This document shows, in pieces, positions 1 through 10,660 of a stretch of 64,000 nt of DNA; the stretch's first letter is position 1, and the number at the start of each line of letters is the position of its first letter. The DNA comes from Alistipes sp. Its GTDB lineage: Bacteria; Bacteroidota; Bacteroidia; Bacteroidales; Rikenellaceae. The notes beneath the pieces were generated by a model, which saw nothing but the letters and a program-made list of their open reading frames with translations, was not told the origin of the DNA and did not search any database. The translations under genes were made by a program, and so were the position numbers. The stretch lies in the NCBI GenBank assembly GCA_045602255.1, contig JAZSBD010000011.1:94-64093 (forward strand), read 5' to 3'.

Positions 1-18
1 AATACTCTTCAAAATCAT
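1..18 (-). CDS. Start of the next capsule-locus gene, truncated by the window edge (MILKSI...)
   Basis: ATG at 18 lies just past the stop of the GT4 gene; only 6 codons are visible. Confidence 0.3.
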
Positions 19-24
19 CGCGAC

Positions 25-1254
25 CTAATTTATAGAACCTCCCTTAAGGGTTATATCCACTAAGTTATCTATGCATCGCTCTCGGGTGTAGTGCTCAACG
101 TAGTAGCGGCGAGCATTTTCGCCCCATGCCTTCAGTTGCGCGGTGTTATCGGCAAGATGTAGAATTAGTTTGGCGCACCCCTCCACATCGCCAGCCTCGA
201 CGCATCTGCCGCAGTTGATCTCGTCGACGAGCTTGGTGACGCCCTCGCCAATCATGCCGACAATAGGCTTGCCTGCGGCGATGTAGGATTGCAGACGCGC
301 TGGTATGGTAGCATTTAGGTGGTTATAGGTCGTTGGCTTTAGGCTGATAAACATGATATCTGCCTGCTTGTAGAGGCTTGCCATGCACTCGAAGGGGTAT
401 CGTCCCAATACCGAGCAGCAATCCGTAAGCCCCTCCCTCTGGATTGTCTCGCGCAGCCATGCCTCGCGATTGCCGCCACCAACAAAGGTCCACTTGATGC
501 TACTATTTACCTTAGTGCGCTTGATCACCTCCACAACACCCTCCAAACCAGTGGCATCCGACAGGTTGCCAGCCATCATGATGCGGAAACCATCATCGAG
601 CTTGGGAACCTCCCTATCCTCCATCGATAGTATATCCTCGCACCAATTGGGGTAGTAGACAATCTTGTCGTCGTAGTTGTGGTCGCGATTTACAAGCTCC
701 CTGAACATGGGTGAGCTGATAAGGATGCGTCTCGAACGACGATATACCCTGTTTGTGAACCAGTTGAGAGGTGCGCTTATGATCTTGCGCGGCTTGCTCA
801 TAAATGCCATGACCGAGTCGGGCCATATATCGAGCACCCATGTATATATAGGCGTGCGTCGCACTCTTCCGAGTAGCAGTGCTGGCCATGCTTGTGTAAT
901 GGGCGATGTCTGGTGCACAACGATCGCATCATACCTCCTCTTAAAGATGAGGAAGAAGAGCACCCAAAAGGTGGAACAGAAGGCGAAGGATAGGTAGTTG
1001 AGCGATAGTCGCATGGCGCCAGGCTTGCGACCGCGGGGTATCTGGTAGACGCGATAGACCTTGGCGCCGTTGTAGTCATCTACGCGGCGGCGGAAGATGC
1101 CATAGCCCTTATAGAAGACACCCTCGGGGTAGTTGGGAATGCCTGCCAGCACATCGACCTTGTAGCCTCGTGCCACAAGGTCGGATGCGATGTCGTTACT
1201 CTTGAAAAATTCGGGATAGAAGTTCTGAGCTACAAGAAGAACACGTTTAGCCAT
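25..1254 (-). CDS. GT4 glycosyltransferase, WbuB/WbjE-like (probable L-FucNAc transferase)
   Basis: QNFYPE N-terminal motif, GIPNYPEG, LDIWPDS, P-x-R-LQSY-x-AAGKP motif; follows the fnlABC-type genes. Start taken at MAKRVLL. Confidence 0.85.
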   Translation of the reverse strand: MAKRVLLVAQNFYPEFFKSNDIASDLVARGYKVDVLAGIPNYPEGVFYKGYGIFRRRVDDYNGAKVYRVYQIPRGRKPGAMRLSLNYLSFAFCSTFWVLFFLIFKRRYDAIVVHQTSPITQAWPALLLGRVRRTPIYTWVLDIWPDSVMAFMSKPRKIISAPLNWFTNRVYRRSRRILISSPMFRELVNRDHNYDDKIVYYPNWCEDILSMEDREVPKLDDGFRIMMAGNLSDATGLEGVVEVIKRTKVNSSIKWTFVGGGNREAWLRETIQREGLTDCCSVLGRYPFECMASLYKQADIMFISLKPTTYNHLNATIPARLQSYIAAGKPIVGMIGEGVTKLVDEINCGRCVEAGDVEGCAKLILHLADNTAQLKAWGENARRYYVEHYTRERCIDNLVDITLKGGSIN

Positions 1255-1256
1255 AG

Positions 1257-2438
1257 CTACTTCCTCCAAACCATTTTATTTACTACGCCTGTGTAGGATT
1301 GAATAAGTTTAACAACCTTGGTCGATACGTTCTCGTCAACATAGTTGGGCACAGGGATGCCATTGTCGCCCTCCTTAACCATCTCAACGGCGGTCTCTAC
1401 AGCCTGTAGGAGCGATGCTGTGTCGATGCCGGCAAGGATGAAGCAACCCTTGTCCAAAGCCTCGGGGCGCTCGGTTGAGGTGCGGATACATACCGCTGGG
1501 AACGACTTGCCTATGGATGTGAAGAATGAGCTCTCCTCGGGAAGAGTACCGCTGTCGCTAACCACAGCAAAGGCGTTCATCTGCAAGCAGTTGTAGTCGT
1601 GGAAGCCGAGAGGCTCATGCTGGATGACGCGCTTATCGAGCTCGAAGCCGCTGGCAGCCAATCGGTTGCGTGAGCGAGGGTGGCATGAGTAGAGGATCGG
1701 CATATCGTACTTCTCAGCCATGCGGTTGATGGCGGTGAAGAGCGATGTGAAGTTCTTCTCGGTATCGATATTCTCCTCGCGGTGCGCCGAGAGAAGGATA
1801 TACTTGCCCTTCTCCAAGCCGAGGCGAGCGTGTATGTTCGATGCCTCGATGTCGGCGAGGTTGTTATGTAGCACCTCGGCCATAGGTGAGCCTGTGACAT
1901 ATGTGCGCTCCTTAGCCACGCTCGAGGCGTTGAGGTAGCGGCGTGCATGCTCCGAATAGCAGAGGTTTACATCCGAGATAATATCTACGATACGGCGGTT
2001 TGTCTCCTCGGGGAGGCACTCGTCGAAGCATCGGTTGCCCGCCTCCATATGGAAGATGGGGATGTGAAGACGCTTAGCACCAATAACCGAGAGGCATGAG
2101 TTGGTATCGCCCAACACGAGCACGGCATCGGGCTTGGTGGCCACCATAAGCTTGTATGAGGCGTTGATGATATTACCCATCGTCGCGCCGAGATCATCGC
2201 CAACGGCATCCATATATACCTCTGGATCCTTGAGCTTGAGGTCCTTGAAGAATACGCCGTTGAGGTTGTAGTCGTAGTTCTGACCTGTATGTGCTAAGAT
2301 ACAGTCGAAATATTTGCGACACTTGTTAATTACGGCAGCGAGACGTATAATCTCGGGGCGTGTGCCAACGATGATAAGTAGCTTTAGCTTGCCATTATCT
2401 GCAAACTTTACCTCTGAGTAGTCGAGTTTAATATCCAT
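1257..2438 (-). CDS. UDP-N-acetylhexosamine 2-epimerase (FnlC/WbjD/Cap5G type)
   Basis: VGTRPEIIR, HTGQNYD, LGDTNS, HMEAGNR, PEETNR, SDSGT and ERPE motifs. Confidence 0.92.
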   Translation of the reverse strand: MDIKLDYSEVKFADNGKLKLLIIVGTRPEIIRLAAVINKCRKYFDCILAHTGQNYDYNLNGVFFKDLKLKDPEVYMDAVGDDLGATMGNIINASYKLMVATKPDAVLVLGDTNSCLSVIGAKRLHIPIFHMEAGNRCFDECLPEETNRRIVDIISDVNLCYSEHARRYLNASSVAKERTYVTGSPMAEVLHNNLADIEASNIHARLGLEKGKYILLSAHREENIDTEKNFTSLFTAINRMAEKYDMPILYSCHPRSRNRLAASGFELDKRVIQHEPLGFHDYNCLQMNAFAVVSDSGTLPEESSFFTSIGKSFPAVCIRTSTERPEALDKGCFILAGIDTASLLQAVETAVEMVKEGDNGIPVPNYVDENVSTKVVKLIQSYTGVVNKMVWRK

Positions 2439-2450
2439 ACTATTATTTGC

Positions 2451-3656
2451 TTATTTAACTACTGGTTCGAAATATGTGTCGGGGCGCGCTGGGTCGAAAC
2501 ACTCGTTACACCACATCACGGTCACTAAGTCCTCTGTATCAGAGAGGTTTATAATGTTATGTGTATAGCCTGGCAGCATCTGCACAGCCTCTATCTTCTT
2601 TCCGCTTACGCGCCACTCCAACACCTCGTTGGTGAGGATGTTGCGCTGCTGAATAAGAGCCTCGCCAGCAACAACAATAAACTGCTCCCACTTGGTGTGG
2701 TGCCAGTGTTGCCCCTTGGTGATGCCCGGCTTTGAGATGTTGATGCTCACCTGACCAACGCCCGCCGACTTGATAAGCTCGGTGAAGCTGCCGCGCTCGT
2801 CGATATTCATCTTCAACGGGAAGGCGACCCTCTCCTTGGGTAGGTAGGATAGATATGTTGAGTATAGCTTCTTGGCAAACGACCCCTCGCGAGTTTCGGG
2901 CATTCGTAGAGTCGAGGGTTGCGCCTTGAACTCGTTGAGAAGGTCGACAATCTCGCCTAAGGTCACCTTGTGTGTGGTGGGCACTGCGCAGTAGCGTCCC
3001 TCGGGTGTTAACACCGTCTCTATGCCCTCGAACTCGCAGTGATGCTCCTCGCCCTTGAGTGCGGCAATCATCTCGGCAACAAGGTCGTCGATGTATAGGA
3101 GCTCGAGCTGTGTTGAGCGGTCGTTGACCTGAATAGGTAGGTCGTTGGCGATGTTGTTGCAGAAGGTGGCAACGGCACTATTATAGTTAGGGCGGCACCA
3201 CTTACCAAAGAGGTTGGGAAAGCGATATACCAACACCTTAGCACCTGTCTGGGCGCTGTAGTCGAAGAATAGCTCCTCGCCCGCAAGCTTGCTCTTGCCA
3301 TAGTCCGACTCACCATAGCGACCTATGAGTGTCGCCTGGATAGAGCTGGAGAGCATGACAGGGGCGGTATTGCCATGTCGTTGCAGGGTGTCGAGAAGCG
3401 TCGATGCAAAGCCGAAGTTGCCCGCCATGAACTCCTCGTTGTTCTGTGGGCGATTTACGCCCGCGAGGTTAAAGACAAAGTCGGCTTGCGCGCAGTAGCT
3501 ATCAAGCTCCTCCTCGGTAGAGTCTATGTCGAAGGCGTATATCTCCGACACAGATATATCGCCATAGTGTTTTGCCTTGCCTTGACGTATGTTCTCAAGC
3601 TCGGCAACAAGGTTCTTGCCAACAAAACCCTTGGCTCCAGTAACTAATATTTTCAT
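2451..3656 (-). CDS. CapF/FnlB/WbjC: NAD-dependent reductase with C-terminal cupin
   Basis: TGAKGFVG Rossmann motif, LAGVNRP, YGKSK, GKWCRPNYNS, DERGSFTE, KGQHWHHTK cupin motif. Confidence 0.92.
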   Translation of the reverse strand: MKILVTGAKGFVGKNLVAELENIRQGKAKHYGDISVSEIYAFDIDSTEEELDSYCAQADFVFNLAGVNRPQNNEEFMAGNFGFASTLLDTLQRHGNTAPVMLSSSIQATLIGRYGESDYGKSKLAGEELFFDYSAQTGAKVLVYRFPNLFGKWCRPNYNSAVATFCNNIANDLPIQVNDRSTQLELLYIDDLVAEMIAALKGEEHHCEFEGIETVLTPEGRYCAVPTTHKVTLGEIVDLLNEFKAQPSTLRMPETREGSFAKKLYSTYLSYLPKERVAFPLKMNIDERGSFTELIKSAGVGQVSINISKPGITKGQHWHHTKWEQFIVVAGEALIQQRNILTNEVLEWRVSGKKIEAVQMLPGYTHNIINLSDTEDLVTVMWCNECFDPARPDTYFEPVVK

Positions 3657-3665
3657 AGCCTCCCA

Positions 3666-4103
3666 TTATTTATATTGTGACCAGTCAACCCACATGTTGC
3701 TATCGTAGCGCCAGCTATCATGCACCGCCTCCGCGAGCGTCTTGTCGGAGAAGACCTCGAGGATGGAGCCTGGAGTATTGGCCTTAAGGCAGTTAGCATA
3801 GCCCGCAGGCACGCAGACAATCTTACTCTCCGACTCGTTGAGCTCGAAGATCTCGGCCGTGAGCTCTGGCGAGGGGTTCTCCCAATTATCGACCTTGACA
3901 AGAGCCAGTGTGAAGGAGCCCTTGATGCAGTAGAACCACTTCCTCTCGTGCTGATGTCCATGCCAGCCGCGTATGACACTCTCATCGGGGTGGTGGATGA
4001 CGTAGCACCTACGCACACCCTCGAAGTGGAAGTTGTTCAGAGAGCTTATCTGACCACGATGATCCTGAAATATCTCTCCCTGGACGACGCGAATATCACT
4101 CAT
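3666..4103 (-). CDS. Cupin-fold sugar epimerase/isomerase (RmlC/WxcM/FdtA-like)
   Basis: DHRG, IRGWHGHQHERKWF, VPAGYAN; start taken at MSDIRVV. Confidence 0.8.
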   Translation of the reverse strand: MSDIRVVQGEIFQDHRGQISSLNNFHFEGVRRCYVIHHPDESVIRGWHGHQHERKWFYCIKGSFTLALVKVDNWENPSPELTAEIFELNESESKIVCVPAGYANCLKANTPGSILEVFSDKTLAEAVHDSWRYDSNMWVDWSQYK

Positions 4104-4107
4104 AGCT

Positions 4108-5199
4108 CTACTCTGAACGGATTTCGCGCGCCTTAGAACGTGGCTGAAGACCAAGGTCCTCGCGGATGAAGCGTAGCTTGAGAAGTAGCTCCTTCATGCC
4201 CTCAACATCCAGACGACGTGTGTTATGTGAGTGGTAATCCTCAATCTTAGAGACCTCCTCATTGCCATTTGTGAAGAACTTATCGTAGTTCAGGTCGCGA
4301 TTGTCGCATGGGATGCGGTAGTAGTCGCCCATGTCGATAGCCTTGGCCATCTCCTCGCGTGTGACAAGTGTCTCGTATAGCTTCTCGCCGTGGCGTGTGC
4401 CAATGACACGCACCTCGGTAGTGGCATACTTTGGATCCACCTTTGCGTATGTCTGCTTGAGAGCCTCGGCAAGCACATCGAGGGTTGCCGCTGGGGCCTT
4501 CTGCACGAAGAGATCGCCATTCTCGCCATGCGTAAAGGCGTAGATAACGAGGTCTACAGCATCGTCGAGCGTCATCATGAAGCGTGTCATGTTGGGGTCG
4601 GTGATGGTGATAGGCTTGCCCTGCTCCATCTGCTCTACCCACAATGGAATAACCGAGCCGCGGCTCGCCATAACATTGCCGTAGCGTGTGCAGCAGATGG
4701 TTGTCGCAGCACCCTGACCGAGCTCACGACCCTTGGCAATGGCTACCTTCTCCATGAGAGCCTTAGATATACCCATGGCGTTGATAGGGTATGCCGCCTT
4801 GTCGGTAGAGAGCACAACGACATTCTTCACGCCATGCTCAATAGCCGAGAGGAGTACGTTGTTGGTGCCGATGACGTTTGTCATAGTCGCCTCCATGGGG
4901 AAGAACTCGCACGAGGGCACCTGCTTGAGGGCTGCCGCCGCGAAGACATAGTCGACGCCACGCATGGCTACATCTACGGAGCTCTTCTCGCGCACGTTGC
5001 CAATGTAGAACTTCACCTTGGATGATACCTCGGGGTATTGCGCCTGGAGGTGGTGACGCATATCATCTTGCTTCTTCTCATCACGTGAGAAGATGCGAAT
5101 CTCCTTGATATCGCTCGTTAGAAATCGGCGAAGCACGGCGTTACCAAAACTTCCCGTACCACCTGTAATAAGTAGGATTTTGTCTTTGAAGATTGACAT
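4108..5199 (-). CDS. UDP-GlcNAc 4,6-dehydratase/5-epimerase (FnlA/CapE/WbjB)
   Basis: ITGGTGSFG, FSRDEKKQ, AALKQVPSCEFFP, STDKAAYPINAMG, RYGNVMASRGS, RHGEKLYE. Confidence 0.93.
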   Translation of the reverse strand: MSIFKDKILLITGGTGSFGNAVLRRFLTSDIKEIRIFSRDEKKQDDMRHHLQAQYPEVSSKVKFYIGNVREKSSVDVAMRGVDYVFAAAALKQVPSCEFFPMEATMTNVIGTNNVLLSAIEHGVKNVVVLSTDKAAYPINAMGISKALMEKVAIAKGRELGQGAATTICCTRYGNVMASRGSVIPLWVEQMEQGKPITITDPNMTRFMMTLDDAVDLVIYAFTHGENGDLFVQKAPAATLDVLAEALKQTYAKVDPKYATTEVRVIGTRHGEKLYETLVTREEMAKAIDMGDYYRIPCDNRDLNYDKFFTNGNEEVSKIEDYHSHNTRRLDVEGMKELLLKLRFIREDLGLQPRSKAREIRSE

Positions 5200-5207
5200 A
5201 ATTATAT

Positions 5208-6419
5208 CTATTTGTTAGTTAATAATTCGTTGTATAGCTGGATGTAGGCGTTGAAGCATCTCTCCTTGTCGAAGTGCTCTTCAGCGCGCCTGCGACACGC
5301 CTCCGCGTAGTACGCCTTGCCCTTGTTACACATATCCTTGATGCCTGCAGCTAAGGCTGTTATATCGCCCTGCTTGATGATCATACCCGTTTCTTCAGTT
5401 ATAGCCTCGGGGCTACCGCCTGTCATGTATGTAATCACCGGCGTGCCACACGCCATAGCCTCAAGGTTTGTTGTTGGATAGTTGTCAGAGTATGTAGGGT
5501 TCACGAATACCGAGGCTGCGGTGTAGTAGGCAGCAAGCTCTTGGGCGTTCTGCGTACGCTTAATACCCGTGATGCCCTCGGGAAGAGCCTTGATAAGCTC
5601 GTCGTTGAGGCCTATGAGTGTTATGTCGTACTGCGCAGGGTCGAGCAACTTTCGCAGTTTTATGAAGTCGTCGAAACCCTTGCTTGCGCTCCACTGCGAG
5701 GCTACGCCAATGATAAGGTGCTTACCCTTGTTCACGGGGAGTGTCTCATCAACCGTGGGGCTGAAGAGGTCGATATCCACGCCGTTGTGTATTGTCGTGC
5801 AGTTGCAATCCTTGAGGAACGACTTGCCGACATAATTCTTCAACCAGTTGGATACGGGTATGAGGTGCATGTTGCGCTTAGCGGTGAATAGTCGCTTTTT
5901 AAGTTTGAAGTTGTGCGCCGACCAGTCGAAGAACTTCGACTTGGGGTAGGATAGTGGTGCGGGGCAACTGCCACATCCTGTCTTCCATCGCGAGCATCCA
6001 GCGGGCTCGAAGTGAGCACAACGACCGGTGATGGCCCAACAGTCGTGCAAGGTCCATACTACGGGCGTATCTACGCTGTTGAGATACTCGAAGAGTATGG
6101 GGTAGTTGATATATATGCCGTGTATGTTGTGCAGATGTATGATGTCGGGCTTTATGGCATCTATCTGCTTGATGAGCTTTCGTGTGGCGAGTATCGAGCC
6201 TCGGCCATCGCCCTTCCAGTAGCGAGCGAGCTTACGGTGCCATCGAATGCCCCATTTCGAGCCCACTTTAATGATCTGTGATTTGCTGGGGTTAATGTAG
6301 TATCCATACGCATAGTAGCTCTCCCACCCCTGCGCCATGGCGCACACGCCGATCTGCTCGGCGATCTTACCTGTCGACCCCCAGTTCGCTGTCGTATTTA
6401 TCTGCAGTAGCTTAGGCAT
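5208..6419 (-). CDS. GT4 glycosyltransferase (WcaC-like)
   Basis: GSTGKIA, HLHNIHG, WTLHDCW, DNYPTTNLEAMACGTPV. Confidence 0.88.
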   Translation of the reverse strand: MPKLLQINTTANWGSTGKIAEQIGVCAMAQGWESYYAYGYYINPSKSQIIKVGSKWGIRWHRKLARYWKGDGRGSILATRKLIKQIDAIKPDIIHLHNIHGIYINYPILFEYLNSVDTPVVWTLHDCWAITGRCAHFEPAGCSRWKTGCGSCPAPLSYPKSKFFDWSAHNFKLKKRLFTAKRNMHLIPVSNWLKNYVGKSFLKDCNCTTIHNGVDIDLFSPTVDETLPVNKGKHLIIGVASQWSASKGFDDFIKLRKLLDPAQYDITLIGLNDELIKALPEGITGIKRTQNAQELAAYYTAASVFVNPTYSDNYPTTNLEAMACGTPVITYMTGGSPEAITEETGMIIKQGDITALAAGIKDMCNKGKAYYAEACRRRAEEHFDKERCFNAYIQLYNELLTNK

Positions 6420-6420
6420 C

Positions 6421-7617
6421 TTATTTATTGGTTAGTAGTTCATTGTATAGTTCAATATATTTTTCGAAGCACTTCTCCTTGTCGAAATGCTCCTCTGCAT
6501 ACTTGCGACAAGCTGCAGAGTAGTGGGCTTTGCCACGGGTGCATATCTCGTTAATAGCATCTTTTAATGCATCAATATCACCTTGTTCAACGACAAGACC
6601 TGTCGCTTCGCACACGGCTTCTGGGCTACCGCCAGTACGATATGTGATGACGGGGATTCCGCATGCCAATGCTTCGAGGTTTGTTGTGGGGAATGTATCA
6701 GCGTACGTAGGATTTACAAATACCGTGGCTCCGCAGTATAGCTCCGCAAGCTCATCCGCCGAATTGGTCCTCTCTATACCAGTAATACCCTTCGGAAGAC
6801 TCTTTATCTGTGCCTTCGTCAAGCCGACAAGGGTTATTTTGAAGCTATCTTCATCAAGCATATTGCGTAGCTTGTAGAAATCCTCAAGACCCTTAGATTT
6901 GTTCCATATGCTACTTACACCAATGATGTTGTAGTTGTGGTGGTTGGTTGATGGAAGAGGCGTAAACGTATTAATGTTTACTCCATTGTGAATTACCCGT
7001 ATGCTCTTCTCTTTGAATAGTGATTGCTTGGCGAAGTTGGCTAACCAGTTGGATGCAGGTACAATGGTAAGCTGTTTCTTGTCTGCAAAAATAGAGCGTT
7101 TGAGAGTGTGATTTTTGTTGGCTCTATCAAAAAGAGACTTAGGATAACTCTTTCTTAGGGGGCAGTTGAAGCACTCCTCCTTCCATCTGTCGCAGTTTGC
7201 CTCCACGAAATGTGCGCAATGTCCGGTGAAGGTCCAACAGTCGTGCAAGGTCCATACTACGGGTGTGTCTATCGAGTTGAGATATTCGAAAAGTATCTTG
7301 TAATTAATGTAGTAGCCATGAATATTGTGCAGATGTATGATGTCGGGCTTTATCTGCTCAATACGTTTTATAAGACGCTTTGTGGCAAGTCGTGAGCCGA
7401 GACCGTGCCTGTCGAAGAGTCGAGATATCATAAGGTGCCACACTTGACCCACTTTTGACCCAATCTTAAGTAGCTGCGACTTACTTGGATTGCAGCCTCT
7501 GCCATAGGCAATATAACTCTGCCAGCCATGTTGCATAGCTCGCTCACCAATCTGCTCGGCAATCTTACCTGTCGAGCCCCAGTTAGCTGTTGAGTTTATC
7601 TGCAGAAGTGTTGGCAT
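6421..7617 (-). CDS. GT4 glycosyltransferase (WcaC-like), tandem paralog of 5208-6419
   Basis: Same motifs; DTFPTTNLEALACGIPV. Confidence 0.88.
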   Translation of the reverse strand: MPTLLQINSTANWGSTGKIAEQIGERAMQHGWQSYIAYGRGCNPSKSQLLKIGSKVGQVWHLMISRLFDRHGLGSRLATKRLIKRIEQIKPDIIHLHNIHGYYINYKILFEYLNSIDTPVVWTLHDCWTFTGHCAHFVEANCDRWKEECFNCPLRKSYPKSLFDRANKNHTLKRSIFADKKQLTIVPASNWLANFAKQSLFKEKSIRVIHNGVNINTFTPLPSTNHHNYNIIGVSSIWNKSKGLEDFYKLRNMLDEDSFKITLVGLTKAQIKSLPKGITGIERTNSADELAELYCGATVFVNPTYADTFPTTNLEALACGIPVITYRTGGSPEAVCEATGLVVEQGDIDALKDAINEICTRGKAHYSAACRKYAEEHFDKEKCFEKYIELYNELLTNK

Positions 7618-8941
7618 ATAGATTAATGGACCTCTTTATGAAGACAAATTTAAATATCAAGTATATCAAGTATATAAATATGAGCTGTTGTGTTGCTGTT
7701 AGAGGGCTTCTTACAGCAAAGAAAATGTAAGGATATAACGTTGCAGCAAAAACATAATTAAATGATGGATTATCGTTGTTAAATGTTTGAGTAACATAGT
7801 TGTCGCATTTCTTGATAATTATGCCCCACATTAGTGCAAAGAATATTGCTAACCACCCAATATCAGCGCGTAAGAATCCAAGGAATCCCGTTGATGTGCT
7901 ATGCTCTTCCGCTACATCCTCATATTTGCGAATTAACCAGTGGTCAATTGGCGTGGGTTTCTCCTCCCATAAATTGCGAGGGACCCAGAAATATAGCATG
8001 TATGCACTCTCCTTGCCGTACTCGAGTGAATGATCCTTGTAATAGTCATCAGCCATACTCATCATATCAATGATACCTTCTGGTGATAACTCCTCTGCAG
8101 TTGAATAAAATATATCGTTTTTGTTATCGCTTGTATAAGAGTATTCGTCTCGTTGATTTTCATTGCCTGCGTAATTTCTGTTCTCCTTCAAATATGATGA
8201 TCCCCATCCCAAAACTATACCAAAAATCAATATAAAGGCAATCGACTTAAGGGTTATGTTTTGTACTTTTATAAAGCCCAATATAATGCAAAATGGGAAG
8301 ACTTGAAATAGTAATTGAAATCTAGTTGCAATAATAAATTGATAAATAAATATTGGCAACACCAAAATAATTGCGTATATGGCTTTCCCCTTAACGATAT
8401 ATTTAAAATAGTATGCTATTACAGCAGGAAGAATCATGCCTAATGCTGGCATAATTGTAGACATGATACTGCCACTTCCCAATGTTTTAGATAGAACTCG
8501 ACCAAATGCTAATGTCTCAAGAACTTTTTCGTAATTATAGTAAAGGTATAGGAGAACACAAAATACTATTACCAAAAGAAATACCCATTTATGGTCTGTA
8601 TGTGTTTGGACAGAATATCTATTTGAGTTTAATGATGGGGTGTGGTAAAAATACCCCATTAATACTAAACTATTTGCAATTAAATAGAATAGAATTGGAC
8701 CAGTGTATAAGTGCGACGAGTCATAAGCAGCACACAATATCATGTCAGACCATATAATGAAAATAAATGCGACTTCCCATGTGTGTAAAAGAGAGAACCT
8801 TTTTGTTGATACAATATCCTTGATGATAATAGATATGTATATAATAAGTTCAGCCTTTAAAATTAGATACGTATATTCCGGGAAGAATGGTATTATTAGA
8901 GCAATCAGTAATGACGCTATGATAAGTACTGCAATTAACAT
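7583..8941 (-). CDS. wzy: Probable polysaccharide polymerase (Wzy)
   Basis: About 10-11 hydrophobic segments, a large loop containing FWVPRNLWEEKP, AT-rich, located in a Wzx-containing locus. Confidence 0.7.
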   Translation of the reverse strand: MLIAVLIIASLLIALIIPFFPEYTYLILKAELIIYISIIIKDIVSTKRFSLLHTWEVAFIFIIWSDMILCAAYDSSHLYTGPILFYLIANSLVLMGYFYHTPSLNSNRYSVQTHTDHKWVFLLVIVFCVLLYLYYNYEKVLETLAFGRVLSKTLGSGSIMSTIMPALGMILPAVIAYYFKYIVKGKAIYAIILVLPIFIYQFIIATRFQLLFQVFPFCIILGFIKVQNITLKSIAFILIFGIVLGWGSSYLKENRNYAGNENQRDEYSYTSDNKNDIFYSTAEELSPEGIIDMMSMADDYYKDHSLEYGKESAYMLYFWVPRNLWEEKPTPIDHWLIRKYEDVAEEHSTSTGFLGFLRADIGWLAIFFALMWGIIIKKCDNYVTQTFNNDNPSFNYVFAATLYPYIFFAVRSPLTATQQLIFIYLIYLIFKFVFIKRSINLYANTSADKLNS

Positions 8942-8948
8942 GTGTAAG

Positions 8949-9668
8949 CTATTGTTTGTGAAGCTTATAATAATGATTATATAGACAATCCATACCTCCT
9001 CGTAATATTGCCTTTAACTGGGTTGGACTGGCGTATTGAACCAGATATCGTGGCAACAAACACTCACTTATGCGTTTGCTGTATGGCCTTGGGTCTGATG
9101 TGTACATGGCTTTATACCCATATTTACTCGCTAACGCAACAACTCTATCCGAGTAAAATCCTTGTGGAAAGCATATCTCAGAGATATCTGCTCCTGTTAT
9201 CTCCTCTAGTCTTCGCTTCGCCTCGAAGAGTTCAAGCTTTAGCCCGTTATCATCAAACTTGGCTAGATTAGTATGTGACCATCCGTGGGCCTGGAAGCGG
9301 AATCCATGAGTGGATAATATTCTTATTTCATCCTCATTTAGGTATCCAGGTTTTCCTACTAAATCAACTGCAATAAAAATGGTTGGCTTGATATTATTTT
9401 TAATAAAGTACTCTCGATTATCCCAGATGCCGCGAAATCCATCATCAAAGCATATCATTACCTGCTTTCGTTCTTTCGTTATTTGTGGAACAATCTCAAA
9501 TCCAAGATGCTGAATTGTTGTGATATGACGCTCGAACATGGCGCGTGACGTCGCCATATCAGTGTATTCTACTATTGAGGATATATCGTGATAGAAGATA
9601 ATTTTACTCAGATTATTATGAGAAATTATCGACCATAGATATATAATTATGTTCTTAATAGCCTTCAT
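8949..9668 (-). CDS. Polysaccharide deacetylase (NodB/CE4-like)
   Basis: FYHD, CFDDG, HGWSH, FPQG motifs. Confidence 0.85.
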   Translation of the reverse strand: MKAIKNIIIYLWSIISHNNLSKIIFYHDISSIVEYTDMATSRAMFERHITTIQHLGFEIVPQITKERKQVMICFDDGFRGIWDNREYFIKNNIKPTIFIAVDLVGKPGYLNEDEIRILSTHGFRFQAHGWSHTNLAKFDDNGLKLELFEAKRRLEEITGADISEICFPQGFYSDRVVALASKYGYKAMYTSDPRPYSKRISECLLPRYLVQYASPTQLKAILRGGMDCLYNHYYKLHKQ

Positions 9669-9670
9669 CG

Positions 9671-10648
9671 TTAAAATGTATCAAGATCCATGGTGCATAA
9701 AGCCCAATTGGTGGGCGATTGGCAAGCAAAGGCAAGCTCCTTATTGGTGGTTCTATATCCCAAATTGATAAACTTATGTTTAGGGTTGTGTTTAAATCCA
9801 TAGCCAATATATAGTGGATATAGAGGATGGCCAATAGTTATGTATGTCTGTAAAATGTCAATCTGATAGGCATGTATGAAACTATTAAGTATGTGTTTGA
9901 TAGCAGTTTTGCTATAATCATATAGTAGCATCTCTCCGATTAATGCAATACGAAGAGTTGTGTTATCAAGATGTCCTATCTTATAAAAGAGGTAGCCGTA
10001 TTCGCAACTAAATATCTTTATTCCAGATTGAGAACTTAAGCGCCACTCAATAGTTGTATCGTTATATTTGATATGCAAACGATTATTTAGCAACTTGTCT
10101 CGCATAGATATAAGTTGCTGGGGAATAGTTGTATGGGTATTTGGAGCGGGATCCCAAACTCTTTTATTTGAAAGTTTTTTGATATTGAAGTTTAGCTTAA
10201 TAAGTGTCGATGAAATATTGTTAATCTTGAATAAAGAAGAGAAAGTCTCGATATATTTCCACCCAAGCCTTTCATGGCTCGTCTTAGAACTCTCTTCGCT
10301 CACATTAAATATTAGATCGCCATTGTTGAAGAATCGTTCAAATGAGACTTCATTTAATTGTTTAAAAATACCATGACCACGGAACTCTTTAGATACGCAT
10401 GAGTCTGTATATTGTATACACTTTAATGGTGTATCGTGGTAATGCATATTCATGGACAATGATGTCCTACTTCCTACGATTTGCTCATTAATAGTTGCGC
10501 AAATATTGATGCCGTTTGGCGTGCTCAATACGAATGACAGTTTGGCTCTCTTATCGTAACATACGTCTGGCCATGCAGAGTTGTATAGAGATACCAACTC
10601 GTCGGTGTCTTGTGGTGTTATATCTCTGATATTTAGGCTATTATTCAT
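9671..10648 (-). CDS. GNAT-family N-acyltransferase
   Basis: DSCVSKEFRGHGIF acyl-CoA binding motif A; C-terminal DLDTF typical of capsule-locus GNATs. Confidence 0.7.
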   Translation of the reverse strand: MNNSLNIRDITPQDTDELVSLYNSAWPDVCYDKRAKLSFVLSTPNGINICATINEQIVGSRTSLSMNMHYHDTPLKCIQYTDSCVSKEFRGHGIFKQLNEVSFERFFNNGDLIFNVSEESSKTSHERLGWKYIETFSSLFKINNISSTLIKLNFNIKKLSNKRVWDPAPNTHTTIPQQLISMRDKLLNNRLHIKYNDTTIEWRLSSQSGIKIFSCEYGYLFYKIGHLDNTTLRIALIGEMLLYDYSKTAIKHILNSFIHAYQIDILQTYITIGHPLYPLYIGYGFKHNPKHKFINLGYRTTNKELAFACQSPTNWALCTMDLDTF

Positions 10649-10660
10649 TGCTGTTTGATG

